Positions 29,580 through 39,106 of a stretch of DNA of 64,000 nt are shown here, piece by piece. The notes under the pieces were generated by a model. That model searched no databases. It had not been told where the DNA came from and saw only the letters and a program-made list of their open reading frames with translations. Numbering within the stretch: the first letter of the stretch is position 1; every line of letters begins with the position of its first letter. Source of the DNA: Bacillota bacterium (lineage in GTDB: Bacteria; Bacillota; Clostridia; Acetivibrionales; DTU013); the NCBI GenBank assembly GCA_023412915.1, contig JAEZRE010000001.1, forward strand, positions 23,040 to 87,039, given 5' to 3'. The position numbers were made by a program, and so were the translations under genes.

Positions 29580-29913
29580 AGGAGACAGGCTATAAAAAGG
29601 TAAGTTAAAGATTTGAGGCAAGACATGTTCCAGGTTAATTTCAATAGCATCGGAAAGCTGCCTCGGGGTCGACGCTCCCGGGCAGCGCTAGCGGCACTTT
29701 CCTCAGAAGTATTGCAGGGAGCAGGTGAAATTTACCTTCCACACGCCTTACCTCGAATAAACCTAAGTGGCTTCAGATAAGCCATAATTTACTTCAGCCG
29801 GGTGGGTTTGTAAAAAATAGACAGAGAGGCGGGTTGTGCCGCCGGATACTTACAAATATGAGGGATTGCCGGCTTTCCTTAAACCGGCGCGAGGTATAGA
29901 AGGAGGTAATCAC

Positions 29914-31458
29914 ATGGCATCGCGGATAAAGATATTTGATACGACGCTGAGAGACGGGGAGCAAACTCCCGGAGTCAGTCTGAATATACAGGAAAAACTC
30001 GAGATCGCTCGCCAGCTCGTAAGGCTGGGCGTCGACGTCATCGAGGCGGGTTTTGCCATATCGTCGCCGGGCGATTTTCTGGCAGTCAAGACTGTTGCCG
30101 AAAATGTAAAGGGAGCGACGATCGCAAGCTTGAGCCGGGCTGTCGAAAAGGACATCGACAGGGCCTGGGAAGCCGTTTCCAACGCGGAGAGCCCGCGGAT
30201 ACACACATTTATCGCTACGTCGGACATCCATATGAAATACAAGCTGAAGATGACCGAGGAAGAGGTGCTTCAAAGGGCTGTCGCAATGGTGAAGCACGCG
30301 AAGAAGTATTGCGGTGACGTCGAGTTTTCGGCGGAGGACGCAAGCCGTACAAGAACGGAATTTTTATACAGGATCGTCGAAGAGGTCATCAAAGCGGGAG
30401 CGACGGTCGTCAATATACCTGATACCGTGGGTTATGCCTACCCGGAAGAATTCGGACTCCTGATAAGAGGTATCAGGGAAAATGTGCCCAATATCGATAA
30501 AGCGGAGATAAGCGTCCATTGTCATAACGACCTTGGCCTTGCCGTCGCCAACTCTTTAGAGGCGCTCAGGAATGGCGCGGTTCAGCTGGAGTGTACCGTT
30601 AACGGTCTCGGTGAACGCGCCGGCAATGCCTCGATCGAAGAGATCATAATGGGTGTCCAGACCAGGAAGGATTTTTACGGTGAGCGGATACACAGCATAG
30701 ATACAAAACAGATATACAGGACCAGCAAGCTGGTAAGCAGCCTGACCGGCATAGACGTGCAGCCGAACAAGGCGATAGTGGGAGCAAATGCTTTTGCCCA
30801 TGAATCCGGTATTCACCAGCATGGCGTATTGGCCGAGAAAAGCACCTATGAAATAATGACGCCGGAATCCATAGGGCTTTCCCAGAACAGGATGGTGCTC
30901 GGCAAGCTTTCAGGGAAACACGCTTTCGAGGAGAGGCTGAAGGAAATGGGCTACAACCTCGATCCGGGTACGGTCGCGACGGCATTTGAAAAATTCAAGG
31001 AACTTGCCGATAAAAAGAAGGAAGTACTCGACAGGGATATAGAGGCGCTCGTTGAGGATAAAATGTCCGAGGTCAACGAGGTTTACAAGCTTGACAGCTT
31101 CCAGATCAACAGCGGCAATAAGATAATCGCGACTGCAACCGTAAGCCTCCTGAAAAACGGGGAGCTCGTGATGGAAGCGGCAACGGGCGACGGACCTGTA
31201 AATGCGGCCTTCAAGGCTGTTGAAAGGACCGTAGGGTTTGAACTGGAACTCCAGGACTACAGCCTCAAAGGCGTTACAGAGGGTACCGACGCTCTTGGCG
31301 AAGCCACGGTAAGAGTAATAAAGGATGACAGGATATATGTCGGAAGAGGCGTTAGCACCGACGTCATCGAAGCGAGTGTAAAGGCCTATATCAACGCTAT
31401 AAACAGGGTAGTCAGCGATCACGGCAAGAAAGCTTCGAACGGGAAGGAGACCATATGA
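29914..31458 (+). CDS. leuA: 2-isopropylmalate synthase
   Basis: [23 protein letters not shown] and a C-terminal LeuA dimerisation/regulatory domain. The start was set at the ATG after a GAAGGAGG RBS; the track starts at 29836. Confidence 0.9.
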   Translation: MASRIKIFDTTLRDGEQTPGVSLNIQEKLEIARQLVRLGVDVIEAGFAISSPGDFLAVKTVAENVKGATIASLSRAVEKDIDRAWEAVSNAESPRIHTFIATSDIHMKYKLKMTEEEVLQRAVAMVKHAKKYCGDVEFSAEDASRTRTEFLYRIVEEVIKAGATVVNIPDTVGYAYPEEFGLLIRGIRENVPNIDKAEISVHCHNDLGLAVANSLEALRNGAVQLECTVNGLGERAGNASIEEIIMGVQTRKDFYGERIHSIDTKQIYRTSKLVSSLTGIDVQPNKAIVGANAFAHESGIHQHGVLAEKSTYEIMTPESIGLSQNRMVLGKLSGKHAFEERLKEMGYNLDPGTVATAFEKFKELADKKKEVLDRDIEALVEDKMSEVNEVYKLDSFQINSGNKIIATATVSLLKNGELVMEAATGDGPVNAAFKAVERTVGFELELQDYSLKGVTEGTDALGEATVRVIKDDRIYVGRGVSTDVIEASVKAYINAINRVVSDHGKKASNGKETI

Positions 31459-33014
31459 AGAAGATTGTCGTACTCGATTCCACTTTAAGGGACGGCGCAC
31501 AGGCACAAGGCATCTCCTATACAGTGGAGGATAAGCTGAAGATAGTAAGGCGGCTCGATTCGCTGGGAGTGGATTACATCGAAGCCGGGAACCCCGGCTC
31601 AAATCCCAAGGATATTGAGTTTTTTGAGAGAGTCAGGAAAATCAAACTCGCAAACTCCAGGCTTATCGCCTTTGGAAGTACAAGAAGGGTGGGAATTCCT
31701 GTCGGAGACGACGCCAATGTAAAATCCCTCCTGGCCGCCGGCACCGAGGCTGTGGTCGTTTTTGGCAAGTCCTGGGATTTCCAGGTGACTGAAATCCTTA
31801 AAACCAGCCTTGACGAGAACCTGAAGATGATTTTCGATACGGTAAAATTCTTCAAGGACAATGGAAAAGAAGTCGTATACGATGCGGAACACTTTTTCGA
31901 CGGTTACGGCTCAAATAAGGAATATGCCATAAAGACTCTCAAGGCGGCGTCTGAAGCGGGCGCCGACAGTATTTGCCTGTGCGACACGAAGGGCGGGTAT
32001 CTGCCTATGGATATTTTCAATATCACGGCGGAGATGACAGCGCAGTTCGAGGTGCCGATTGGCATACACTGCCATAATGACAACGGGATGGCCGTGGCGG
32101 GTACGATAATGGCCGTCCAGGCAGGCGCCACGCAGGTGCAGGGAACGATAAACGGCTTCGGCGAGAGATGCGGGAATGCAAATCTCTGTACCATTATTCC
32201 TACGTTACAGCTGAAAATGGACTATAAATGCATACCCGAAGAGAATATGGCCGAAATGACTCCGGTTGCGCGCGCAGTCAGTGAGATTGCAAACGTGGTG
32301 CACGACGAAAGGGCGCCTTACGTGGGTAGGGCGGCGTTTGCGCACAAGGCCGGCATGCACGCCGACGCAGTCGTAAAAAATACGGCGGCGTATGAGATAT
32401 TCGATCCCGAGGTGGTAGGCAACGAGAGGATATTGCTGATGTCCGAGGTGGCCGGACGCAGCGCGGTTCTGAGTGCGATGAACAAGGTGGATCCGACCCT
32501 CCGGAAGGATTCTCCCGAGACCGTGAAAGTAATTGAAAAGCTGAAGGAAATGGAGCATAACGGATACCAGTACGAGGGAGCCGAGAGCTCGTTCGAGCTG
32601 ATAGTAAGAAAAGTGCTGGGCAAGTATCATCCATCCTTTGAACTGAAGGATTTCAAGGTTATAGTCAACGAACCGGCCAAGGCAAACGAATACAATTCCT
32701 CGGCTATGATAAAGGTCAAAGTCGGCGATCAGGAGGAGATAACCGCGGCAGAGGGCGACGGACCTGTAAACGCGCTCGATAATGCCGCAAGAAAGGCGCT
32801 TTCGAGATTCTACCCGAGTATACATGAAATGAAACTGACGGATTTCAAGGTTAGAGTGCTAGATTCCAATGCAGCCACAGCCGCAAGGGTTAGAGTCCTT
32901 ATAGAGTCGACGGATGGAAATGAGGTCTGGACAACGATCGGTGTTTCCACCGACATTATCGAGGCCAGCTGGAAGGCGCTTGTGGATTCCATCGAATACA
33001 AGCTCGGCTGCTGA
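31455..33014 (+). CDS. cimA: Citramalate synthase (LeuA paralogue, CimA type)
   Basis: [29 protein letters not shown] and [11 protein letters not shown]. The 519-aa length and motifs fit the CimA clade. It is translationally coupled to leuA by an ATGA overlap. Confidence 0.8.
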   Translation: MKKIVVLDSTLRDGAQAQGISYTVEDKLKIVRRLDSLGVDYIEAGNPGSNPKDIEFFERVRKIKLANSRLIAFGSTRRVGIPVGDDANVKSLLAAGTEAVVVFGKSWDFQVTEILKTSLDENLKMIFDTVKFFKDNGKEVVYDAEHFFDGYGSNKEYAIKTLKAASEAGADSICLCDTKGGYLPMDIFNITAEMTAQFEVPIGIHCHNDNGMAVAGTIMAVQAGATQVQGTINGFGERCGNANLCTIIPTLQLKMDYKCIPEENMAEMTPVARAVSEIANVVHDERAPYVGRAAFAHKAGMHADAVVKNTAAYEIFDPEVVGNERILLMSEVAGRSAVLSAMNKVDPTLRKDSPETVKVIEKLKEMEHNGYQYEGAESSFELIVRKVLGKYHPSFELKDFKVIVNEPAKANEYNSSAMIKVKVGDQEEITAAEGDGPVNALDNAARKALSRFYPSIHEMKLTDFKVRVLDSNAATAARVRVLIESTDGNEVWTTIGVSTDIIEASWKALVDSIEYKLGC

Positions 33015-33087
33015 TACCCCGTTGCAATCTGCTACGCTTTTATGGTACAGTAATCTTGCCTGTCACCAAACGAAAGGTGGTATCGGA

Positions 33088-33363
33088 TTGACATTAAACG
33101 GCAAGCTCTATATAGAGGGAAGGCTGGTCAGGGAAGCTTCGTCAGACGACAACGAGGAGGCTCACAGCTTCAGGGACAAACTGGAGAAGTGTCTCATCGA
33201 CCTATGCGCCGGCATGGAGATCCCTGTTCCGCTTTGGCTTAAAAAAAACACGCGAGAACTCGCCATCTTCAGAAAAACATTTTTTACTTCGGAACAGTTC
33301 ATTGAAAAGGTCTGGTTCGATAAATTTGAAATACTCCTGCTTGGCAGCGAACTGAGAAAATAA
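33088..33363 (+). CDS. Hypothetical protein (91 aa)
   Basis: TTG start 7 nt after an AAAGGTGG RBS. The upstream part of the track ORF overlaps cimA and was discarded. Confidence 0.4.
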   Translation: MTLNGKLYIEGRLVREASSDDNEEAHSFRDKLEKCLIDLCAGMEIPVPLWLKKNTRELAIFRKTFFTSEQFIEKVWFDKFEILLLGSELRK

Positions 33364-33458
33364 TCCATTTTTTTGTTGTCTTTTGAATATTTTTGTTGTT
33401 ATAATGTAAATGTAAGTGGTTAGGCTTTATTATTACGTTAACTAATGAGAGGTATCAT

Positions 33459-35318
33459 ATGCAGAAAAGCAGAAATACCGAAAGCCGCCCAGTCAGTGAA
33501 AATAAGCTACACAATGTAAAAATTTCAGCCGAAACGGTACGCATTATAGTCTGCGCCTCTATCTATGTGTTGATGGCTGCGGTTCTACGCATTTCCGGCG
33601 AGTCTATCGGAGCTATCAACTTATTCGGCGTCATTGTGCACAATTACGTTTACAGCGGAATTATGGCTCAGATACAGGTCCTTGCTTGTGTATACCTTGT
33701 TGTGAACACCATGTACAAGGGCTATGTAGCGGCCACTCTTTTGAATATCTATGGCATCACGTTTTCCGCCGCGGGTATTGTCTTCAGCGGGACTCAGGAT
33801 CCTATCCCCGGTATAATAGCGTATATCGGCAATATGCTGATCACCACGGCCATATATAAATATAAAAACCGTCTTAACAAATCCATTTTTGAGCTGTCGC
33901 AGCAAAAGGAGGAGCTTACCTCCCTGTATGAAGAAATCTCCGTTTCACAGGATAAATTGAGCCATCAGAACGAGCAGCTTATAAAATACAACAGGATAAT
34001 GGAGGACAACGAAAAACAGCTCGAGCAAATGGCCTATTATGATACGCTGACAGGTCTGCCCAACCGTAAAATGATCATTGAGGAACTGGAAAAACAGATC
34101 AGGTCGTCGGGAAACAGCGGAGAAAATTTTGCTTTCGTCTTTATAGACCTGGATAATTTCAAGGAAATAAACGATATGCTGGGGCATTACGTCGGAGATA
34201 CAATACTGAAGGCCGTGGTAGGACGCTGTGTCCTCAGGCTCCACAAGGACGACCTTATTGGCCGTCTCGGTGGAGATGAGTTCGCTTTGATAATACGGCG
34301 CGGTCTGACCCGGGATGATATGCTATCATACGTCGGAGCGATAAAAGATTGCGTATCTGAGGCCGTAATTTACGAAACGAAGGAGATATACATTAATGCA
34401 AGCTTCGGCATATCCTTGTATCCCACAGACGGCGACAATACGGTCGATTTACTGAAATGCGCGGATATGGCCATGTATTCGGTCAAATATTCCGGCAAGA
34501 ACGGGATACGCTTTTTCTGCAAATCGATGCAGGATGCGCTTCTGAGGAGGGTACAGCTTGAAAACGGCCTTAAAGCCGCTCTCGCAAACAATGAGCTGTA
34601 TCTGGTATTTCAACCGCAATACCATTGCGAGCCGCAGGGAATAAGGGGTTTTGAAACTCTTGCAAGATGGAGGTCGGAAGAGCTTGGCGCGATCGGTCCC
34701 GCGGAATTCATACCCATAGCGGAAAAGACGGGCCTTATCATCGAGATCGGCGAATGGATACTCAGGACCGCAATGAAAAGCTTTGCTGGACTGCTGGCTT
34801 CGGGCCATCCCGAAATCGTTCTGACCGTCAATATCTCCGTAGTGCAGATAATACAGCCCTCTTTTGTCAGAATGATAAAAAGGGTTCTCGAGGAAACCGG
34901 GTTCGACGCCGGAGCGCTGGAGGTTGAAGTCACCGAATCGATACTGATAGCCCACCCTGATAAGGTCACCGACGCCCTTAACCAGCTCAAGGCCATGGGT
35001 ATCCGTATTGCGTTGGACGACTTCGGAACCGGGTACGCATCCCTGAAATATTTGCAGATATTGCCCATAGATACGCTCAAGATCGATAAATCCTTCATAG
35101 AGAAAGTCGGGATTTCCGATATGGAAAACAATATAATAAGCGCTGTGATCACGCTGGCCCATGAACAGCATATAACGGTCCTTGCAGAGGGGGTCGAGAA
35201 CCCGACGCAGCTTGATTATCTAAAGAAACTCAGGTGCGACAGTGTTCAAGGCTTTCTGCTAAGCAAGCCTCTCGAGTTCAGTCAGCTGGCCTGCCTGCCG
35301 GAACTCTCCCGGCAGTAA
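33459..35318 (+). CDS. Membrane-bound GGDEF-EAL protein (c-di-GMP turnover)
   Basis: N-terminal TM block and coiled coil, GGDEF (RLGGDEFALI), and an EAL domain (FETLARW, DDFGTGYASL, EGVE). Confidence 0.9.
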   Translation: MQKSRNTESRPVSENKLHNVKISAETVRIIVCASIYVLMAAVLRISGESIGAINLFGVIVHNYVYSGIMAQIQVLACVYLVVNTMYKGYVAATLLNIYGITFSAAGIVFSGTQDPIPGIIAYIGNMLITTAIYKYKNRLNKSIFELSQQKEELTSLYEEISVSQDKLSHQNEQLIKYNRIMEDNEKQLEQMAYYDTLTGLPNRKMIIEELEKQIRSSGNSGENFAFVFIDLDNFKEINDMLGHYVGDTILKAVVGRCVLRLHKDDLIGRLGGDEFALIIRRGLTRDDMLSYVGAIKDCVSEAVIYETKEIYINASFGISLYPTDGDNTVDLLKCADMAMYSVKYSGKNGIRFFCKSMQDALLRRVQLENGLKAALANNELYLVFQPQYHCEPQGIRGFETLARWRSEELGAIGPAEFIPIAEKTGLIIEIGEWILRTAMKSFAGLLASGHPEIVLTVNISVVQIIQPSFVRMIKRVLEETGFDAGALEVEVTESILIAHPDKVTDALNQLKAMGIRIALDDFGTGYASLKYLQILPIDTLKIDKSFIEKVGISDMENNIISAVITLAHEQHITVLAEGVENPTQLDYLKKLRCDSVQGFLLSKPLEFSQLACLPELSRQ

Positions 35319-35398
35319 TCCATTGCTGGTATATGTTATAAGTAAGCTTGAGAGAATTGCAGGATTTGTCTATATTTCCTGCAAAAATTAAAAATCTA

Positions 35399-35427
35399 TT
35401 GCATTACTAAAATCCATGTGCTAAAAT
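35399..35427 (+). promoter_or_regulatory. Strong candidate promoter in the asnA upstream region
   Basis: TTGCAT (35399-35404), 17-nt spacer, extended -10 TGcTAAAAT (35419-35427). Confidence 0.55.
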
Positions 35428-35480
35428 TAGAACAGTATGAAATATAACTTGTATACAGAGACGTATACGAAAATAGCCGG

Positions 35481-35532
35481 TAGGCATACTCGATGATGAG
35501 GATATATTTTCGAGGTATGCCTATTTATTTTT
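35481..35532 (+). terminator. Intrinsic terminator between the promoter and asnA (leader attenuator, or a distant terminator of the GGDEF-EAL gene)
   Basis: 13/14-bp stem TAGGCATACTCGA / TCGAGGTATGCCTA followed by TTTATTTTT. Confidence 0.7.
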
Positions 35533-35621
35533 GAAATTTTTGCGACAGAAGACTGCATATTAATTTATGAACTAGAATTATGTAAACATATATGTTATCG
35601 CAATAAAAGAGGTGAAAAATT

Positions 35622-36635
35622 ATGAAAGAGAAGTTGATTTTACCTTCCGATTATAAAACCAGTCTTGACATAATGGAAACCGAGGAGGCAATAAAGCTCC
35701 TGAAAGACTTCTTTGAAAACAATCTGTCAAAAGCGTTGAACCTGAGGAGAGTTTCGGCGCCTTTATTCGTGAAACCCGAGACGGGGCTCAACGATAACCT
35801 GAACGGCATTGAAAGGCCTGTGGCTTTTGACGTTAAAGGCTTCAACGGAGGTACTGTCGAGGTCGTACAATCCCTTGCCAAGTGGAAGCGTATGGCGCTG
35901 AAACGCTATGGATTCAGGGTGGGCAGGGGTTTGTGCACCGATATGTATGCCATACGCAGGGACGAAGAACTGGATAACCTGAGTTCCGTCTACGTCGACC
36001 AATGGGACTGGGAGAAGGTAATCAGAAAAGAGAATAGAGATACCGAAACCTTGTTAAAAACCGTATCCAGCATATACGATGTCTTCAAAAGGGCCGAGAG
36101 CTATATCTGCAGCGTTTATCCAAAGCTTTCGAAAATGCTCCCGGATAAGATCTTTATCATCACCGCGCAGGAGCTTGAAGACCTGTATCCGGGGCTAACG
36201 CCAAAACAGAGGGAAGAAGCGATAACGAGGGAGAAGAAAGCCGTATTCCTGATGAAGATAGGCGGGCTGCTCAAATCAGGAATAAAGCATGACGAACGGG
36301 CTCCCGACTACGACGATTGGGAGCTGAACGGAGACATAATTTTCTGGTACCCCATATTGAATAAACCATTTGAGATATCTTCCATGGGAATCAGGGTGGA
36401 TGAGTTTTCACTCGTAAAACAGCTAAAGACAGCAGGCTGTGAGGACCGTTTGAACATGAAATTCCACAGGGACCTGATCGAAGGAAAATTGCCGTATACC
36501 ATAGGCGGCGGGATCGGCCAGTCCAGATTGTTCATGTTTCTGCTGAACAAGGCTCATATCGGCGAAGTACAGGCTTCGGTGTGGCCGGAGGACGTTGTGG
36601 AGGCCTGTGCGGACGCAAATATTGCAATACTTTGA
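35622..36635 (+). CDS. asnA: Aspartate--ammonia ligase (asparagine synthetase A)
   Basis: 337 aa with AsnA-specific motifs (RVSAPLFV, LNGIERPV, QWDWEKVI, GGGIGQSRL). Confidence 0.93.
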   Translation: MKEKLILPSDYKTSLDIMETEEAIKLLKDFFENNLSKALNLRRVSAPLFVKPETGLNDNLNGIERPVAFDVKGFNGGTVEVVQSLAKWKRMALKRYGFRVGRGLCTDMYAIRRDEELDNLSSVYVDQWDWEKVIRKENRDTETLLKTVSSIYDVFKRAESYICSVYPKLSKMLPDKIFIITAQELEDLYPGLTPKQREEAITREKKAVFLMKIGGLLKSGIKHDERAPDYDDWELNGDIIFWYPILNKPFEISSMGIRVDEFSLVKQLKTAGCEDRLNMKFHRDLIEGKLPYTIGGGIGQSRLFMFLLNKAHIGEVQASVWPEDVVEACADANIAIL

Positions 36636-36709
36636 CATTTTATCGGGCGATGCATGGAACGGATGCGAGGTAATAGAAGCTATCAAACCGCATATAAATA
36701 AGATAGACT

Positions 36710-36745
36710 AAATGCATAATAAAATGTTATGCATTTTTTAATTTT
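36710..36745 (+). terminator. Intrinsic terminator after asnA
   Basis: Stem AAATGCATAA / TTATGCATTT followed by a T-rich run. Confidence 0.7.
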
Positions 36746-36753
36746 GCGGGGGT

Positions 36754-37122
36754 GTGGTTTTGGGCAGGTACAGGCTTGCTGCAATATATTTTCTGGCAAT
36801 ACTGTTTGCGCTGTCTCTGACGCAGATTTTTATTGATTCGCAAACAGGAACTTCAACACATGCCAGTACACAGGCGGTAAAAAGGACGTATACGATATTT
36901 GTCGAAATAGAGGATAAAACTTTATATCTGCTCGAAAATGGCAAATGCATAAAGGAATACAGGATAGCGTCCGGAATGTCCGGCTTGCCTTCGCCTTTGG
37001 GCTGCTGGAAGATAGTCGAAAAAGGCGACTGGGGCGAAGGCTTTGGGGGCAGATGGATGGGGCTTGACGTACCTTGGGGGACATTCGGTTTTGGAACACT
37101 GTTTAGAATCCAGGCTCTTTAA
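36754..37122 (+). pseudogene. L,D-transpeptidase (YkuD family), 5' fragment interrupted at codon 108
   Basis: Membrane anchor plus ..GLPSPLGCWKIVEKGDWGEGFGGRWMGLDVPW. After 37076 the frame runs into element DNA (GTFGFGTLFRIQAL*). The catalytic HG..SHGCIR motif is missing. Confidence 0.85.
37066..37099. other. attL (B arm - TG - P' arm)
   Basis: GACGTACCT-TG-GGGG-ACATTCGGTTTTGGAACAC. The central TG is at 37075-37076. The P' arm at 37081-37099 is an inverted repeat of 48452-48470. Confidence 0.7.
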
Positions 37123-38728
37123 ATTTATAACGTATTTCTATTTTCTTATTTTCGTAAATATCAATTCTGTCTATAAGCTTTTGTAAAAGGATTTTATCCG
37201 GTTCATCAAGTCTCAGCAATTCCATGGCGAGCTTCCTTAAGCCTTGGCCATCTTTTACCGACTCATTATGCTTCTGTTTTCTGACGGAGAGTTTCGAGAG
37301 TTTAGTATTCAGCTGCTCTCTTTCTTCATTATATTCTTTGGACAGATTGATAAAGTCCTGCTCTGCTATGACACCCTTCAGTTTGTCCTCGTAGAGATTC
37401 CTGATTATCCTTTTTATTTCGGTCAGCCGGTCGCCTGCGGCTGATATGTCGTTTTCCAATCCTGTACTGTTGTTTTTATGCAGGTGTTTTTCTGCGAGAT
37501 CAGCAAGTCTGCCTTGATCCAGCGACACCCTGGAGATTCTAATCAAATCTGAAATGACAAGAGCTTCGAGATCCTTTTCCAATACCGCATGCCTTGTACA
37601 GACCTTCTGCTTCCTATAACGCTTGTACTTAGAGCAGATAACATAGCCGTATCCCGAAGGAGTTTTTGTGTATGTCATCTTTTCTCCACAATCGGCACAA
37701 TATAAAAGACCCGAGAGTATATGAGGGTATCGCTTTTCGTATTCCACCATGCGGCCGTTGTTGTGTATCATCTGCTGTACCAGGTCAAAGGTTTCCTGGA
37801 CCACTATTGCCTCATGGGTATTCGGTACTATTACCCAAGCCTGCCTCGGCATGTTTATCAGCTTATCGACCTTGTAATTGACCTTCTGGCATCTGCGCTG
37901 TGTAATGCTCCCGCAATATGTCGGCTTGGTGAGTATATACTTTATCGTGTCACAATTCCACATGCCCAAATGCGATTTGGGATTCCTGTAATTCGTTCTA
38001 TTGCTTTTGTACACTGCGGGGCTTAAAATGTGCTCACTATTGAGAATATCCGCTATCGCGGAGTATGATTTTCCCTGAAGAAACAGGTCGAAAATCCGCC
38101 TTACGACGGCGGAGGTTTCTTCATTGATCTTTAGCTTGTGTTTGTCGTTCGGATCCTTATAATAGCCATATGGAGCGAAGGAGCCGATGAATTCGCCATT
38201 TTCCCTCTTTCTGTCGATAACCGATCTGACCTTTTTTGAAATATCCTTTGCATACCAGTCATTCATGATGGATTTGAAAGGCCCAATGTCATTTGAGGGG
38301 CAATCCCCGGCATAGGTGTCGATCCCGTCGAGAAGGGCAATAAACCGGATCTTTCGTTCGGGAAAATACTTTTCCAGATAATGCCCTGTGACAATATAAT
38401 CCCGGCCAAGCCTGCTCAAATCCTTTGTGATAACTGTGTTAATCCTTTTACTTTCAATATCCGCAAGCATTCTCTTGAAATCCGGTCTGTTAAAGTTAGT
38501 GCCGCTGTAGCCGTCGTCGGCGTATATTTCGACAAGCTTCCAGCCTTGATCGGCAACATACTTTGTCAACAGCTCTTTTTGGTTCAAGATACTTTCAGAG
38601 TTTACATTATCCTTTTCCTCGTCTTCCCTGGACAATCTTAAATAAATACCCACTCTGGAAGTTTGGCTGCCATAAAAGGATGAATAGTTTCCCGAGGCGT
38701 AAATCATCTGATTCCTACCTTTTCCCAA
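37103..38728 (-). CDS. Large serine recombinase (resolvase/invertase N-domain, recombinase domain, Zn-ribbon, coiled coil)
   Basis: Catalytic motif VGIYLRLSREDE..SESILNQ, resolvase core DLSRLGRD, Zn-ribbon CADCGEKM..C..C, and a long C-terminal coiled coil. The more likely start is the ATG at 38707 (MIYASG..), which follows an AAGGTAGGA RBS. Confidence 0.9.
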   Translation of the reverse strand: MGKGRNQMIYASGNYSSFYGSQTSRVGIYLRLSREDEEKDNVNSESILNQKELLTKYVADQGWKLVEIYADDGYSGTNFNRPDFKRMLADIESKRINTVITKDLSRLGRDYIVTGHYLEKYFPERKIRFIALLDGIDTYAGDCPSNDIGPFKSIMNDWYAKDISKKVRSVIDRKRENGEFIGSFAPYGYYKDPNDKHKLKINEETSAVVRRIFDLFLQGKSYSAIADILNSEHILSPAVYKSNRTNYRNPKSHLGMWNCDTIKYILTKPTYCGSITQRRCQKVNYKVDKLINMPRQAWVIVPNTHEAIVVQETFDLVQQMIHNNGRMVEYEKRYPHILSGLLYCADCGEKMTYTKTPSGYGYVICSKYKRYRKQKVCTRHAVLEKDLEALVISDLIRISRVSLDQGRLADLAEKHLHKNNSTGLENDISAAGDRLTEIKRIIRNLYEDKLKGVIAEQDFINLSKEYNEEREQLNTKLSKLSVRKQKHNESVKDGQGLRKLAMELLRLDEPDKILLQKLIDRIDIYENKKIEIRYKFKEPGF

Positions 38729-38854
38729 TTACTTCTCAGCTGTTTGCGTTAAAACAATCTTCAAATATTCTTCAATCAGCTCCTGAAAGGATTTGCCCTC
38801 ATCGTTGAAAATTGAAATTACGGCGACTTCCGATGTATCTTTATTCGGATGCAT
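38729..38854 (-). CDS. Small ORF (41 aa) immediately upstream of the recombinase gene
   Basis: MHPNKDTSEVAVISIFNDEGKSFQELIEEYLKIVLTQTAEK. Its stop codon abuts the recombinase RBS. It is below the track cut-off and no family was recognised. Confidence 0.3.
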   Translation of the reverse strand: MHPNKDTSEVAVISIFNDEGKSFQELIEEYLKIVLTQTAEK

Positions 38855-39013
38855 AAACAATACCTCGCTGATAATAATTATTCAGATGAAGCTTGTCTAT
38901 ATTACATTTGCATATTTTACATAAGCCGCCATAAAGCTGAATACTATCAAATCAGGGGAAGGCACTTTATTTTTTACGACTTCAATTGCAGCCGGACAAA
39001 TAAACAGTATTAA

Positions 39014-39042
39014 TTGAAAATACATATATATTAGGATACAAT
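39014..39042 (+). promoter_or_regulatory. Candidate promoter for the RR-HK-PBP operon
   Basis: TTGAAA (39014-39019), 17-nt spacer, TACAAT (39037-39042). Confidence 0.45.
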
Positions 39043-39106
39043 AGGTATTGATTGGCACGGGTCTATCTGTTTTTAAAGCCATTTTCAGGACATAGGGGGT
39101 AATTTT

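Noticed and set aside
29790-29850. A second T-box in the ilvC-leuA spacer, suggested by GGGTGGG and AGAGAG strings.
   Set aside because: The elements are in the wrong order. The GGGTGG string lacks the TACCGCG continuation, and no terminator follows.
29836-29913. The N-terminal extension of leuA in the ORF track.
   Set aside because: There is no RBS at 29836. The ATG at 29914 follows GAAGGAGG, and [17 protein letters not shown] matches normal LeuA N-termini.
32914-33087. The upstream part of the 149-aa ORF overlapping the 3' end of cimA.
   Set aside because: It is out of frame with and overlaps the well-supported cimA gene. The plausible start is the TTG at 33088, which follows an RBS.
35448-35457. 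The TTGTATACA string upstream of asnA as another copy of the ech or dha operator motifs.
   Set aside because: It matches only 9 of 10 positions and forms part of the leader hairpin, so the match is likely incidental.
37075-37089. The near-duplicate W-G-T-(F/Y)-G coding segment at both junctions (TGGGGGACATTCGGT versus TGGGGTACCTACGGT) as a degenerate target-site duplication.
   Set aside because: Serine recombinases do not create target duplications. Beyond the shared TGGGG core, the similarity is explained by the attL copy being the attP P' arm. That arm forms an inverted repeat with the P arm at 48452-48474.
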